DNA from: Sulfuricella sp.
Lineage (GTDB): Bacteria > Pseudomonadota > Gammaproteobacteria > Burkholderiales > Sulfuricellaceae
Assembly (NCBI GenBank): GCA_041651995.1
Contig: JBAZID010000011.1
Span: 22,345 to 86,344 of the forward strand
Direction of reading: 5' to 3'
Length of the DNA: 64,000 nucleotides
In this document: piece by piece, positions 8,102 to 16,873 of the stretch
Position numbering within the stretch: the stretch's first letter is position 1
Layout of the letters: each line of letters starts with the position of its first letter
The notes under the pieces: generated by a model
Databases searched by the model: none
Told to the model about the DNA's origin: nothing
What the model saw: the letters and a program-made list of their open reading frames with translations, nothing else
Program-made: the position numbers and the translations under genes

Positions 8102-9814
8102 ATGGCGAAAAAACTCCGTTACGGTGATTATCTCGGCGCAGTGCGGCACCGGCAGCGCAAGCTCAGCTACAACGAAGTTGTCGCGCATACCCGGCGCTCT
8201 CCGCGTAAAACCAAATTGCGTCCGCGCGATTTTTATCGTCTCCTTGCCCCCTATATTGGCGTGCGTTTTGCCGAACAGTTGATGGCAGTCGTGCCGCTGG
8301 CAGCGTTTCTGGTGTTCTTCGAGGTTGCTGTGCTGGATTCGGCGGTGAGCGGCTGGGAAGGCATTGCCCTGGGCATGGCGGCGGTGATCCTTGGCCTGAT
8401 GCTGTTCATGGAAGGGGTCAAGCGCGGCCTCATGCCATTCAGCGAGAATATCGGCTATACCATGCCGGGCAAGTTTTCCACCCCGATGGTCCTGGGTGTA
8501 GCCTTCGTGCTGGGTTTCATGGCCACGCTTGCCGAGCCGGCCATCGGTGCGCTCAGGGCGGCCGGCAGTCTGGTGAGCCGCGATGAAACGCCATATTTGC
8601 ATCTTTTGCTCAATGAGCGCTCGGATTTGCTGGTGTTATCGGTGGGCTTCGGGGTCGGCCTGGCCGTTCTGGCCGGGGTGCTGCGTTTCATTTTCGGCTG
8701 GAGCCTCAAATCCCTGATTATCGCCACCCTGGTGCCATGTCTCGGCATGACCCTGTTTTTCTCCCTGGATGGCCGGCTGGAGCCGATCATCGGGCTGGCC
8801 TGGGATTGCGGTGCGATCACCACGGGACCGGTGACGGTGCCGCTGGTACTGGCCATCGGGATTGGCGTGTCTGCCGCCACCAGCAAGGAAGACAACCCGC
8901 TTTCCGGTTTCGGTATTGTCACCCTGGCCTCGCTGTTCCCGCCCATCGCGGTGATGTCGCTTGGCCTGGCGCTTTCATTGGGCGATTTTCCGGTGCTGGA
9001 TAGCGCTTTGAAAATTACCGCCAAGACGGCATGGTATGAGCGTTCCCCTTTTGATGACATCATCGCTGCGCTGCGCGCCATTCTGCCGCTGACCCTGTTC
9101 CTCTGGCTGGTGCAGCACTGGTGGCTGAAGAGCCCGGTGAAGGAAGGAAAAATCCTGCTGTACGGCATCGCCCTGGCGGTATTGGGCATGATGCTTTTCA
9201 ATATTGGCCTGGATTACGGCCTGACGCCCCTGGGCGGACAGGCGGGCGGGATGGTGCCGGCCGCTTTTGCCACTTTCCCGGACATTCAGGGTTCGCCGCT
9301 GTATCCATACTGGATGGGCATCGGACTTGCCCTGCTGTTTGCCCTGCTGCTCGGCTTTGGCGCCACGCTGGCGGAACCTGCGCTGAATGCCATGGGCGTC
9401 ACGGTACAGAACCTGACCGATGGCGCTTTTACCAAAACACTGCTGATGCATGCGGTGGCGGTGGGGGTGGGCCTGGGTGTGGCCCTGGGCGTGGCAAAGG
9501 TGATTTTTGCAATCCCGATTGTGCTGCTCATTCTCCCGTCCTATCTGCTGGCCCTCGCCCTGACGGTGATTTCCAGTGAGGAATTTGTCAATCTGGCCTG
9601 GGATAGCGCCGGGGTGACCACCGGCCCGGTGACCGTGCCACTGGTTCTGGCCCTGGGACTGGGATTGGGCAAGGCGGTTGGCGCACAGGATGGGTTCGGC
9701 ATCCTGGCGATGGCTTCGGTCGGGCCGATTCTAAGCGTGCTCCTGACCGGGCTGTGGATTCGCTGGCGGGTGAAGAGGCGTCGTATGGCTATGGAAAGGA
9801 CAAACCACGGGTGA
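8102..9814 (+). CDS. Fused double-DUF1538 polytopic membrane protein
   Basis: Two internal repeats, each with ATLAEPA and (D)xGxxTTGPVTVP; many hydrophobic helices. Confidence 0.85.
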   Translation: MAKKLRYGDYLGAVRHRQRKLSYNEVVAHTRRSPRKTKLRPRDFYRLLAPYIGVRFAEQLMAVVPLAAFLVFFEVAVLDSAVSGWEGIALGMAAVILGLMLFMEGVKRGLMPFSENIGYTMPGKFSTPMVLGVAFVLGFMATLAEPAIGALRAAGSLVSRDETPYLHLLLNERSDLLVLSVGFGVGLAVLAGVLRFIFGWSLKSLIIATLVPCLGMTLFFSLDGRLEPIIGLAWDCGAITTGPVTVPLVLAIGIGVSAATSKEDNPLSGFGIVTLASLFPPIAVMSLGLALSLGDFPVLDSALKITAKTAWYERSPFDDIIAALRAILPLTLFLWLVQHWWLKSPVKEGKILLYGIALAVLGMMLFNIGLDYGLTPLGGQAGGMVPAAFATFPDIQGSPLYPYWMGIGLALLFALLLGFGATLAEPALNAMGVTVQNLTDGAFTKTLLMHAVAVGVGLGVALGVAKVIFAIPIVLLILPSYLLALALTVISSEEFVNLAWDSAGVTTGPVTVPLVLALGLGLGKAVGAQDGFGILAMASVGPILSVLLTGLWIRWRVKRRRMAMERTNHG

Positions 9815-10108
9815 ACCCAGATCGGCCATTAAACCTATAAAAAGCAATTAACCACGGAGTTCACGGAGCACACGGAGTAAAAACCATAGATTGCATGATA
9901 TTTGGCATTCACCCGTTGGGTGAGGCCATAAATGACCGCAAACTGCCTTTCTCCGTGCCCTCCGTGCCCTCCGTGGTTATCGAACTGAGGTTTCTAGGTT
10001 AAATGCATGGGCATGCAGGAGCGCCGCCCCCGGCGCGAATTTGGCCGCAAATCGCGGCGAGGGCGCCGCTCCCACAGCGGTGTTTTGTCACAAATGGATA
10101 ATCACGGA
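9815..10108. mobile_element. Family B element (TGA target duplication) interrupted by a family A element
   Basis: TGA(9812-14)|ACCCAGATCGGCCAT...REP doublet 10015-10075...AATGGATAATCACGGA|TGA(10109-11). Confidence 0.75.
9833..9999. mobile_element. Family A MITE-like element nested in the family B element
   Basis: TAA(9830-32)|ACCTATAAA...(CACGGAGnn)x3...(CTCCGTGnn)x3...TTTCTAGGT|TAA(10000-02). Confidence 0.8.
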
Positions 10109-10473
10109 TGAATGAAGACATCATTGTATTGACCGATGTCGTGCTGATTACCGTCATCGTCCAGCGTGGCGTGGCGGATACGGTGGTGCAGGCCGCCCAG
10201 AAGGCCGGGGCGCAGGGCGCGACGATTTTCTATGCGCGCGGCACCGGGGTGCGCCAGCGCCACCTGGGCGTGCTTGGCGTGGCGGTCAATGCGGAAAAGG
10301 AAGTGGTGTATATCGTGGCTTCCACTGACCAGGCCGACCGGATTTTCGAACGGATATTCGTTGCCGCCAAGCTCGATACGCCCGGCATGGGAATGATTTA
10401 CATGACCCATCTGGAAAAAATGGCAACGCATGTGCCGCATGATCTGGTTGCCCGGATTGCCAGCCATGAGTGA
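10108..10473 (+). CDS. PII-like signalling protein 1
   Basis: ITVIVQRG...GATIFYARGTG...EKEVVYIV...PGMGMIY, PII fold pattern. Confidence 0.85.
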   Translation: MNEDIIVLTDVVLITVIVQRGVADTVVQAAQKAGAQGATIFYARGTGVRQRHLGVLGVAVNAEKEVVYIVASTDQADRIFERIFVAAKLDTPGMGMIYMTHLEKMATHVPHDLVARIASHE

Positions 10474-10816
10474 TGCCGGTTTGCTGCAATCTTACAAGGT
10501 GATCACCTGTTTCCTGCCTGCGGGCAAGGGCAAGGAGGTGCTCGATGATCTGCGCAAGCAAAAAGGGGTGTACAGCGGCTTTGTGCATCACGCACGAGGC
10601 GCGGGTGTCGACAGCAGGCGCGGCAATAATGCGCCGTTCTATGTGGAACGAGAGGTGATCACCGTGCTGGCGCCAGTGGCGCAGGCGGATGAGGTATTTG
10701 AATTTCTTTATTTCAATGCGGGCCTCGATCAGCCGCACGCCGGCATGGTGCTGATGGAAAAGGCGATTCGCGGGATGATGTGCAATCTTACCCCGGAAAT
10801 GGTGGATGAAGGCTGA
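10466..10816 (+). CDS. PII-like signalling protein 2 (divergent)
   Basis: KVITCFLPAGKG...HHARGAG...EREVITVL...AGMVLM; ATG at 10466 overlaps the PII-1 end. Confidence 0.75.
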   Translation: MSDAGLLQSYKVITCFLPAGKGKEVLDDLRKQKGVYSGFVHHARGAGVDSRRGNNAPFYVEREVITVLAPVAQADEVFEFLYFNAGLDQPHAGMVLMEKAIRGMMCNLTPEMVDEG

Positions 10817-10877
10817 GCCGCACCCGGCATCGGGGCAACCCGGCGGTTCTTTTGGCTGCGACAAGCGCAACAATGCG

Positions 10878-12320
10878 CTACAGCAGGAATAGGGTGGCGA
10901 GGCCGAGGAAAATGAAGAAGCCCCCGCTATCGGTGACGGCGGTAATCAGCACGCTTGACCCCACAGCGGGGTCGCGCCCGAATTTGTGCATCGCCAGGGG
11001 GATGAAAACGCCCATGCTGGCCGCCAGCAGCAGGTTGAGAATCATGGCGCCAGTCATGACCGCGCCCAGTGCCGCATTCTGGTACAGGGCGTAGGCCAGC
11101 AGGCCAAGGATGGAGCCCCAGATCAGGCCGTTGACCAGGCTGACGCCAATTTCCTTGATAAACAGTTTACGCATGCTGCTGGGGTGGATTTGCCCCAGCG
11201 CCAGGCCGCGCACGATCATGGTAATAGTCTGGTTGCCGGAGTTTCCGCCAATGCCCGCGACAATGGGCATCAGCGCCGCGAGGGCGACAATTTTCTCGAT
11301 CGAGCCTTCGAACACGCCGATCACCCGCGAGGCGATAAAGGCGGTCACCAGATTGATGGCCAGCCAGGTCCAGCGGTTTTGCATGGATTTCCATACCGAG
11401 GCGAACATGTCTTCCTCTTCGCGCAAGCCGGCCATGGCAAGTACATCGCTCTCCGCCTCTTCGCGGATGAAGTCCATCACTTCGTCAACGGTCAGGCGCC
11501 CCACCAGCTTGTTGTAGGAATTCACCACCGGCGCCGTCACCAAATCATAGCGCTCGAAGGCGGACGCGGCATCGCTTGCCTTGTCGTTGCCGTTGAAAAC
11601 CACCGGGACGTCCGACATGGCTGCCGAGACCAGCGCTTCCGGGTTGTGCAGCAAAAGGCGTTTCAGGGGCAGTATGCCGCGCAGCTTTTCCTTGTTGTCC
11701 ACGACGAACAGTTTGTCGGTATGGCTGGGCAGTTCGCCAAGTTTGCGCAAATCCGCCAGCACCTGCTCCAGGCTGATGTCTTCGCGTATGGTGACCATGT
11801 CGAAATCCATCAGCGAACCCACGGTGCCTTCCGAATAGGACAGGGCTGATTGCAGTTGAGCCTGTTCTTCCTTGTCCAGCGATTTGAACAGCTCTTCGAT
11901 CACTTCGCGCGGCAGGTCGGCGGCAAGGTCGGCGATCTCGTCGGTATCCAGCTGTTCCGCCGCAGCCCGCAATTCGGCGGTGTCCATGGTGGCGATGAGC
12001 GATTCGCGAACCGCGTCCGATACTTCCAGCAGGATGTCGCCGTCGCGGTCCGCCCGCACGAGTTCCCAAACCACCAGCCGCTGATCGAGCGGCAGCGCTT
12101 CGAGAATGTAGGCGACGTCGGCTGGGTGCAGTGCGTCCAGCGTATTCTGCAATTCCGCCAGATTCTGCTTGTGCACCAGTTGCTGCACCAGATCGTGGCG
12201 CGGCATATCCTGCTTGTTCACCAGCGACTCCACCAGCTCATGTTTGTGCAAAAGCTCGACCACGCGCTTCAGGCTTTCCTGAACGCTTTCGCGCGGGGCG
12301 TTTTGGTGGCTATCTGACAT
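10878..12320 (-). CDS. mgtE: Magnesium transporter MgtE
   Basis: HPADVA N-domain, CBS pair, MPIVAGIGGNSGNQT, DPAVGSSVLITAVTD. Confidence 0.96.
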   Translation of the reverse strand: MSDSHQNAPRESVQESLKRVVELLHKHELVESLVNKQDMPRHDLVQQLVHKQNLAELQNTLDALHPADVAYILEALPLDQRLVVWELVRADRDGDILLEVSDAVRESLIATMDTAELRAAAEQLDTDEIADLAADLPREVIEELFKSLDKEEQAQLQSALSYSEGTVGSLMDFDMVTIREDISLEQVLADLRKLGELPSHTDKLFVVDNKEKLRGILPLKRLLLHNPEALVSAAMSDVPVVFNGNDKASDAASAFERYDLVTAPVVNSYNKLVGRLTVDEVMDFIREEAESDVLAMAGLREEEDMFASVWKSMQNRWTWLAINLVTAFIASRVIGVFEGSIEKIVALAALMPIVAGIGGNSGNQTITMIVRGLALGQIHPSSMRKLFIKEIGVSLVNGLIWGSILGLLAYALYQNAALGAVMTGAMILNLLLAASMGVFIPLAMHKFGRDPAVGSSVLITAVTDSGGFFIFLGLATLFLL

Positions 12321-12385
12321 GGCGGGTTCGGCTGCTTATGGCAATGAAGGGGTTATTATAGTGGTGGCACTGGCTAAGGTTCTAT

Positions 12386-13078
12386 CTATCTGCGCATATT
12401 CCGGGCGCCGAATATCGCCGTTCCTATCCTGACGATGGTGGCGCCTTCGGCAATCGCGGCTTCCAGATCATTTGACATGCCCATGGACAGGGTGTCGAGC
12501 TGGAAGTTCTTGCGATTCAGCTGGTCGAGCAATTCGCGCACTGCCCGGAATTGCTGGCGTTGCAAAGCGGCATTTTCCGTCGCTGCGGGAATGGCCATCA
12601 GCCCGCGCAGTTGCAGGCGCGGCAAGGTGCGTACATGGGCTGCCAGGGCTTCCAGCTCCTGTGGGGCAACCCCGCCTTTGCTGGCCTCGCCGCTTACGTT
12701 GACTTCCAGACACACTTGCAGCGGGGGGAGTTGCGCGGGTCTGGCGAAGGACAGGCGGTCGGCGGTTTTTTCCCGGTCCACGCTGTGCACCCAGCTGAAA
12801 TGTTCGGCAACCAGGCGTGTCTTGTTGCTCTGCAAGGGGCCGATGAAATGCCATTCCAGCGGCAAATCGGAGAGCGCCGCGATTTTGCCCACGGCTTCCT
12901 GCACGTAACTCTCGCCGAACGCGTTTTGCCCGGCCCGGAAAGCCTCCCGTACTGCTTCCGCGGGAAAGGTTTTGCTGACCGCAAGCAGACGGATGTCCTG
13001 TGGTACTCTTCCTGCCCGCAAGGCCGTGCTTTCAATGCGCTGTTTAACGGCTTGCAAGGCGCTTATGATTGTTGTCAT
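12386..13078 (-). CDS. yggS: PLP homeostasis protein YggS
   Basis: LLAVSKTFP, FGESYVQE, WHFIGPLQSNK, LSMGMS, VRIGTAIFG. Confidence 0.96.
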   Translation of the reverse strand: MTTIISALQAVKQRIESTALRAGRVPQDIRLLAVSKTFPAEAVREAFRAGQNAFGESYVQEAVGKIAALSDLPLEWHFIGPLQSNKTRLVAEHFSWVHSVDREKTADRLSFARPAQLPPLQVCLEVNVSGEASKGGVAPQELEALAAHVRTLPRLQLRGLMAIPAATENAALQRQQFRAVRELLDQLNRKNFQLDTLSMGMSNDLEAAIAEGATIVRIGTAIFGARNMRR

Positions 13079-13134
13079 AATGACCTTATTCTATTCGGTC
13101 ATGCGGTCATGTGGCCGCACTTGGGGGATTATAA

Positions 13135-14178
13135 ATGGAAATCTCGGATCTACTCGCCTTCTCGGTCAAGAACAAGGCCTCCGACCTGCACCTCTCCGCG
13201 GGACTGCCCCCGATGATCCGCGTCAACGGCGATGTCCGGCGCATCAACGTCGATTCGCTGGATCACAAGGGCGTGCATGGCATGGTGTACGACATCATGA
13301 ACGACGGCCAGCGCAAGTTCTACGAGGAAAACCTCGAGGTCGATTTTTCCTTCGAGATTCCCGGCCTGGCCCGCTTCCGCGTCAATGCCTACAACCAGAA
13401 CCGGGGTGCGGCAGCGGTCTTCCGTACCATTCCCTCCAAGGTGCTGACGCTCGAACAGCTCAATTGTCCGCCCATCTTCAAGGACATCGCTGACCAGCCG
13501 CGCGGTATCGTGCTCGTGACCGGGCCAACCGGTTCCGGCAAGTCCACCACCCTGGCGGCGATGATCAACCACATCAACGAAAACGAGTACGGCCACATCC
13601 TGACGGTGGAAGACCCGATCGAATTCGTGCATGAAAGCAAGCGTTGCCTGATCAACCAGCGCGAAGTCGGGCCGCATACCCTGTCATTTTCCAATGCACT
13701 GCGCTCGGCGCTGCGTGAAGACCCGGACATCATCCTGGTGGGTGAGATGCGCGACCTGGAAACGATCCGACTGGCCCTGACCGCGGCCGAAACCGGCCAC
13801 CTGGTGTTTGGTACCCTGCATACCAGCTCTGCGGCCAAGACCATCGACCGGATCATCGACGTGTTCCCTGCCGCGGAAAAGGAAATGGTGCGTTCCATGC
13901 TGTCCGAATCGCTGCGCGCGGTCATTGCCCAGACCCTGCTGAAAACCAAGGATGGCAGTGGAAGGGTTGCCGCGCATGAAATCATGGTCGGCACGCCGGC
14001 GATCCGCAACCTGATCCGTGAAAACAAGATCGCCCAGATGTATTCCGCCATCCAGACCGGCCAGAACCTCGGCATGCAGACGCTCGACCAGTGCCTGACC
14101 GATCTGGTGCGACGCAATGTCGTGGCGCCGAACGAAGCCCGCACCAAGGCCATGAACAAAGACAGTTTCGGCGGCTGA
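13135..14178 (+). CDS. pilT: Type IV pilus retraction ATPase PilT
   Basis: ASDLHLSAG, GPTGSGKST, AIRNLIRE. Confidence 0.97.
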   Translation: MEISDLLAFSVKNKASDLHLSAGLPPMIRVNGDVRRINVDSLDHKGVHGMVYDIMNDGQRKFYEENLEVDFSFEIPGLARFRVNAYNQNRGAAAVFRTIPSKVLTLEQLNCPPIFKDIADQPRGIVLVTGPTGSGKSTTLAAMINHINENEYGHILTVEDPIEFVHESKRCLINQREVGPHTLSFSNALRSALREDPDIILVGEMRDLETIRLALTAAETGHLVFGTLHTSSAAKTIDRIIDVFPAAEKEMVRSMLSESLRAVIAQTLLKTKDGSGRVAAHEIMVGTPAIRNLIRENKIAQMYSAIQTGQNLGMQTLDQCLTDLVRRNVVAPNEARTKAMNKDSFGG

Positions 14179-14205
14179 TAACCAGAATCACAAAGCGATC
14201 CCGCG

Positions 14206-14298
14206 CCCCTCTTCTCGCCGGATTGAGCGGCTTTGCCGCCAATCCCGGCGGGGACACTCCTTCCGGGTGCTCCCCCGGGAGAGAGCAGGGAGAGAGGG
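14206..14298. repeat. Branched palindromic intergenic element
   Basis: Inner hairpins 14218-14248 and 14251-14274 inside CCCTCTTCTC/GAGAGAGGG outer arms. Confidence 0.55.
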
Positions 14299-14318
14299 TT
14301 CGATAAAGAGGACAAAAT

Positions 14319-15455
14319 ATGGAACGCGAACAGGCACAGAAATTCATGCACGATCTGCTGCGGCTGATGCTCAGCAAGAAGGCATCCGACCTGTTTATCA
14401 CTGCCGGTTTTCCGCCTGCCATCAAGGTCGATGGCAAGGTGACGCCGGTATCCAACCAGACCCTGACGCCTGCGCATACGCAGGAACTGGCGATGGCGAT
14501 CATGAACAGCAAACAGGCTTCCGAGTTCGAGTCCACCAAGGAATGCAACTTCGCCATCAGCCCGCCGGATATCGGCCGTTTCCGGGTTAACGCTTTTGTG
14601 CAGCAGTCGCGCGTGGGGCTTGTCCTGCGCACCATCACGGCCAAGATTCCGAAATTCGAGGAGCTTGGCCTGCCCGAAGTGCTCAAGGATGTTGCCATGA
14701 CCAAGCGCGGTCTGGTGATTTTCGTCGGCGGCACGGGCTCCGGTAAATCCACCTCGCTGGCGGCGATGGTGGGTTACCGTAACGAAAATAGCTTTGGTCA
14801 CATCATCACCATCGAGGACCCGGTGGAATATGTGCACGACCACAAGAACTGCATCGTGACCCAGCGCGAGGTCGGCGTGGATACCGATAACTGGTTTGCT
14901 GCGCTGAAAAATACCCTGCGCCAGGCGCCGGATGTGATCCTGATCGGCGAGATCCGCGACCGCGAAACCATGGATTACGCCATTGCTTTCGCCGAGACCG
15001 GCCACCTGTGCCTCTCCACTCTGCATGCCAACAGCACCAACCAGGCACTGGACCGGATTATCAACTTTTTCCCGGAAGAGCGGCGTGACCAGTTGCTGAT
15101 GGATTTGTCCCTCAACCTCAAGGCCTTTGTTTCGCAACGCCTGATCCCGATGAAAGAGGGCAAGGGCCGTGCCGCCGCGATCGAGATCATGCTCAATTCA
15201 CCGCTGATCTCGGACCTGATTTTCAAGGGGGATGTGCACGAGATCAAGGATGTCATGAGCCGCTCGCGCGAACTGGGCATGCAGACTTTCGACCAGTCGC
15301 TGTTCACTTTGTATGAGGAAGGCCTGATCAGCTACGAGGACGCCTTGCGCAACGCGGATTCGGTCAACGACCTGCGCCTCAAGATCAAGCTGCATGGGCA
15401 GGAGTCCAAGGACAAGGATCTCATGTCTGGTATCGATCATCTTGGCATCGTGTAA
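14319..15455 (+). CDS. pilU: Type IV pilus ATPase PilU
   Basis: ASDLFITAG, GGTGSGKST, GMQTFDQ; tandem with pilT. Confidence 0.96.
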   Translation: MEREQAQKFMHDLLRLMLSKKASDLFITAGFPPAIKVDGKVTPVSNQTLTPAHTQELAMAIMNSKQASEFESTKECNFAISPPDIGRFRVNAFVQQSRVGLVLRTITAKIPKFEELGLPEVLKDVAMTKRGLVIFVGGTGSGKSTSLAAMVGYRNENSFGHIITIEDPVEYVHDHKNCIVTQREVGVDTDNWFAALKNTLRQAPDVILIGEIRDRETMDYAIAFAETGHLCLSTLHANSTNQALDRIINFFPEERRDQLLMDLSLNLKAFVSQRLIPMKEGKGRAAAIEIMLNSPLISDLIFKGDVHEIKDVMSRSRELGMQTFDQSLFTLYEEGLISYEDALRNADSVNDLRLKIKLHGQESKDKDLMSGIDHLGIV

Positions 15456-15459
15456 ATCA

Positions 15460-15570
15460 GGTGAGGGGTTAGAGGTGAGGGGTGAGGCGGAAAGTCAAAC
15501 CCCCAAGCATGCACCGAACCTGGGTTTGCCCCTCACCCCTCACCCCTCACCCCTCACCCCTCACCCCTAT
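15460..15570. repeat. Heptamer (CCCCTCA)n inverted-array element
   Basis: GTGAGGGG arm - AAACCCCCAAGCATGCACCG core - (CCCCTCA)x5; includes the stop codon of the minus-strand gene. Confidence 0.85.
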
Positions 15571-16726
15571 CGTTCACCGGTTTCTCCCGCCGCATTCCTC
15601 CCGCGACCATCTTGTATTCGAACAGGCGGCATTCCAGCGGGCCGTTGAAAAGCGGTATGCGACGTGACGCGGAAAGCCGGATCAGCTTCGCCAGGCGGAA
15701 ATCAGCGGTGAAAAAATAGGCGCGCCAGCCGGTGAATCGCTGCTTCAATGCATGGCCCAGTTCCGGGTACATGGCGGCCAGTTCTTCCTGTTCGCCGATT
15801 CTCACGCCGTAGGGCGGGTTGGTCACCAGCACGCCTTCTGGTGCGGGTGCAGGCATTTCCAGCAGATTGCCTTGCTTGAGTTGTACTGCATCCAGCAGAC
15901 CGGCGGTTTCAAGGTTCTCGCGCGCCACTTTCAGCACGTCGCCATATAAATCGCTGCCGTAAATATGGCAGAACTGTACCGGCTTGCGTCGTGCCTCGGC
16001 ATCCTGGCGCAGTTTTGCCCAGGCCTGGGCATCGAAGCGATGCAGTTTGCTGAAGGCGAATTCGCGTCCCAGGCCAGGGGCGATGTCGAGTGCCATTTGC
16101 GCCGCTTCCATGAGGAAAGTGCCGCTGCCGCACATTGGATCGAGTAAGGTTTCACCCGGCTTCCAGCCTGAGAGGTGCAGAATGCCTGCCGCAAGATTTT
16201 CGCGCAGCGGGGCTTCCACGGATGAACGGCGCAGGCCGCGCTTGAATAGCGCCGGGCCGGAGGTGTCGAGGTAAAGTGCAAAATTTTCCTCTTCGAGAAA
16301 GGCGTGGATGCGCAGATCCGGCTCATGAGTGTCTATGCTTGGCCGTTCGCCGGTCTGGTCGCGGAACTTGTCGCAAACCGCATCCTTGATTTTCAGGGTG
16401 ATGAAGTCCAGGCTTTGCAGGGGGCAGCGCTTGGCGCTGACCTTGACCATGATGGTGCATGTTCTGTCGAACCAGTCCTGCCAGGGCAGCGCGTAGGCAG
16501 CCTTGTAAATGTCTTCCTCTCGGCGGTAGCGGCCACTGTCCAGGCGCCACAGGATGCGGCTGGCGATGCGGCTTTCCAGGTTGGCGCGGTAGCACAATTC
16601 GAATGGCCCGCTGAATCCGGCACCGCCGTCAGTGGCTTGCACCCCGGATGCGCCAAGCGCTTCCAGTTCGGCTGCCAGCGCGCTTTCAAGTCCACGTGGA
16701 CAAGGGGCAAAAAAATGTTCAGACAT
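15554..16726 (-). CDS. THUMP-domain SAM-dependent rRNA methyltransferase (RlmL-like)
   Basis: CPRGLE, ANLESRIASRIL, APLRENLAAG, DPMCGSGT, NPPYG. Confidence 0.9.
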   Translation of the reverse strand: MSEHFFAPCPRGLESALAAELEALGASGVQATDGGAGFSGPFELCYRANLESRIASRILWRLDSGRYRREEDIYKAAYALPWQDWFDRTCTIMVKVSAKRCPLQSLDFITLKIKDAVCDKFRDQTGERPSIDTHEPDLRIHAFLEEENFALYLDTSGPALFKRGLRRSSVEAPLRENLAAGILHLSGWKPGETLLDPMCGSGTFLMEAAQMALDIAPGLGREFAFSKLHRFDAQAWAKLRQDAEARRKPVQFCHIYGSDLYGDVLKVARENLETAGLLDAVQLKQGNLLEMPAPAPEGVLVTNPPYGVRIGEQEELAAMYPELGHALKQRFTGWRAYFFTADFRLAKLIRLSASRRIPLFNGPLECRLFEYKMVAGGMRREKPVNDRGEG

Positions 16727-16798
16727 GATGCGAAAATCTGGTGATGAAGGAAACAGGAATATACACTATCCAGCTGCCTGTGATTTCAAGGACGATGC

Positions 16799-16864
16799 AA
16801 CCACGGGACACACGGGGAGCACGGGGAAAACTTATTGCTTCTTACCCCCGTGTACCCCGTGGTA
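16799..16864. repeat. Family A inner-arm inverted repeat without outer TIRs
   Basis: AACCACGGGACACACGGGGAGCACGGGG...CCCCGTGTACCCCGTGGT. Confidence 0.75.
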
Positions 16865-16873
16865 AAAAGCTTT

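Noticed and set aside
15529-15567. CRISPR array
   Set aside because: These are spacerless 7-nt tandem units, and no cas genes are present.
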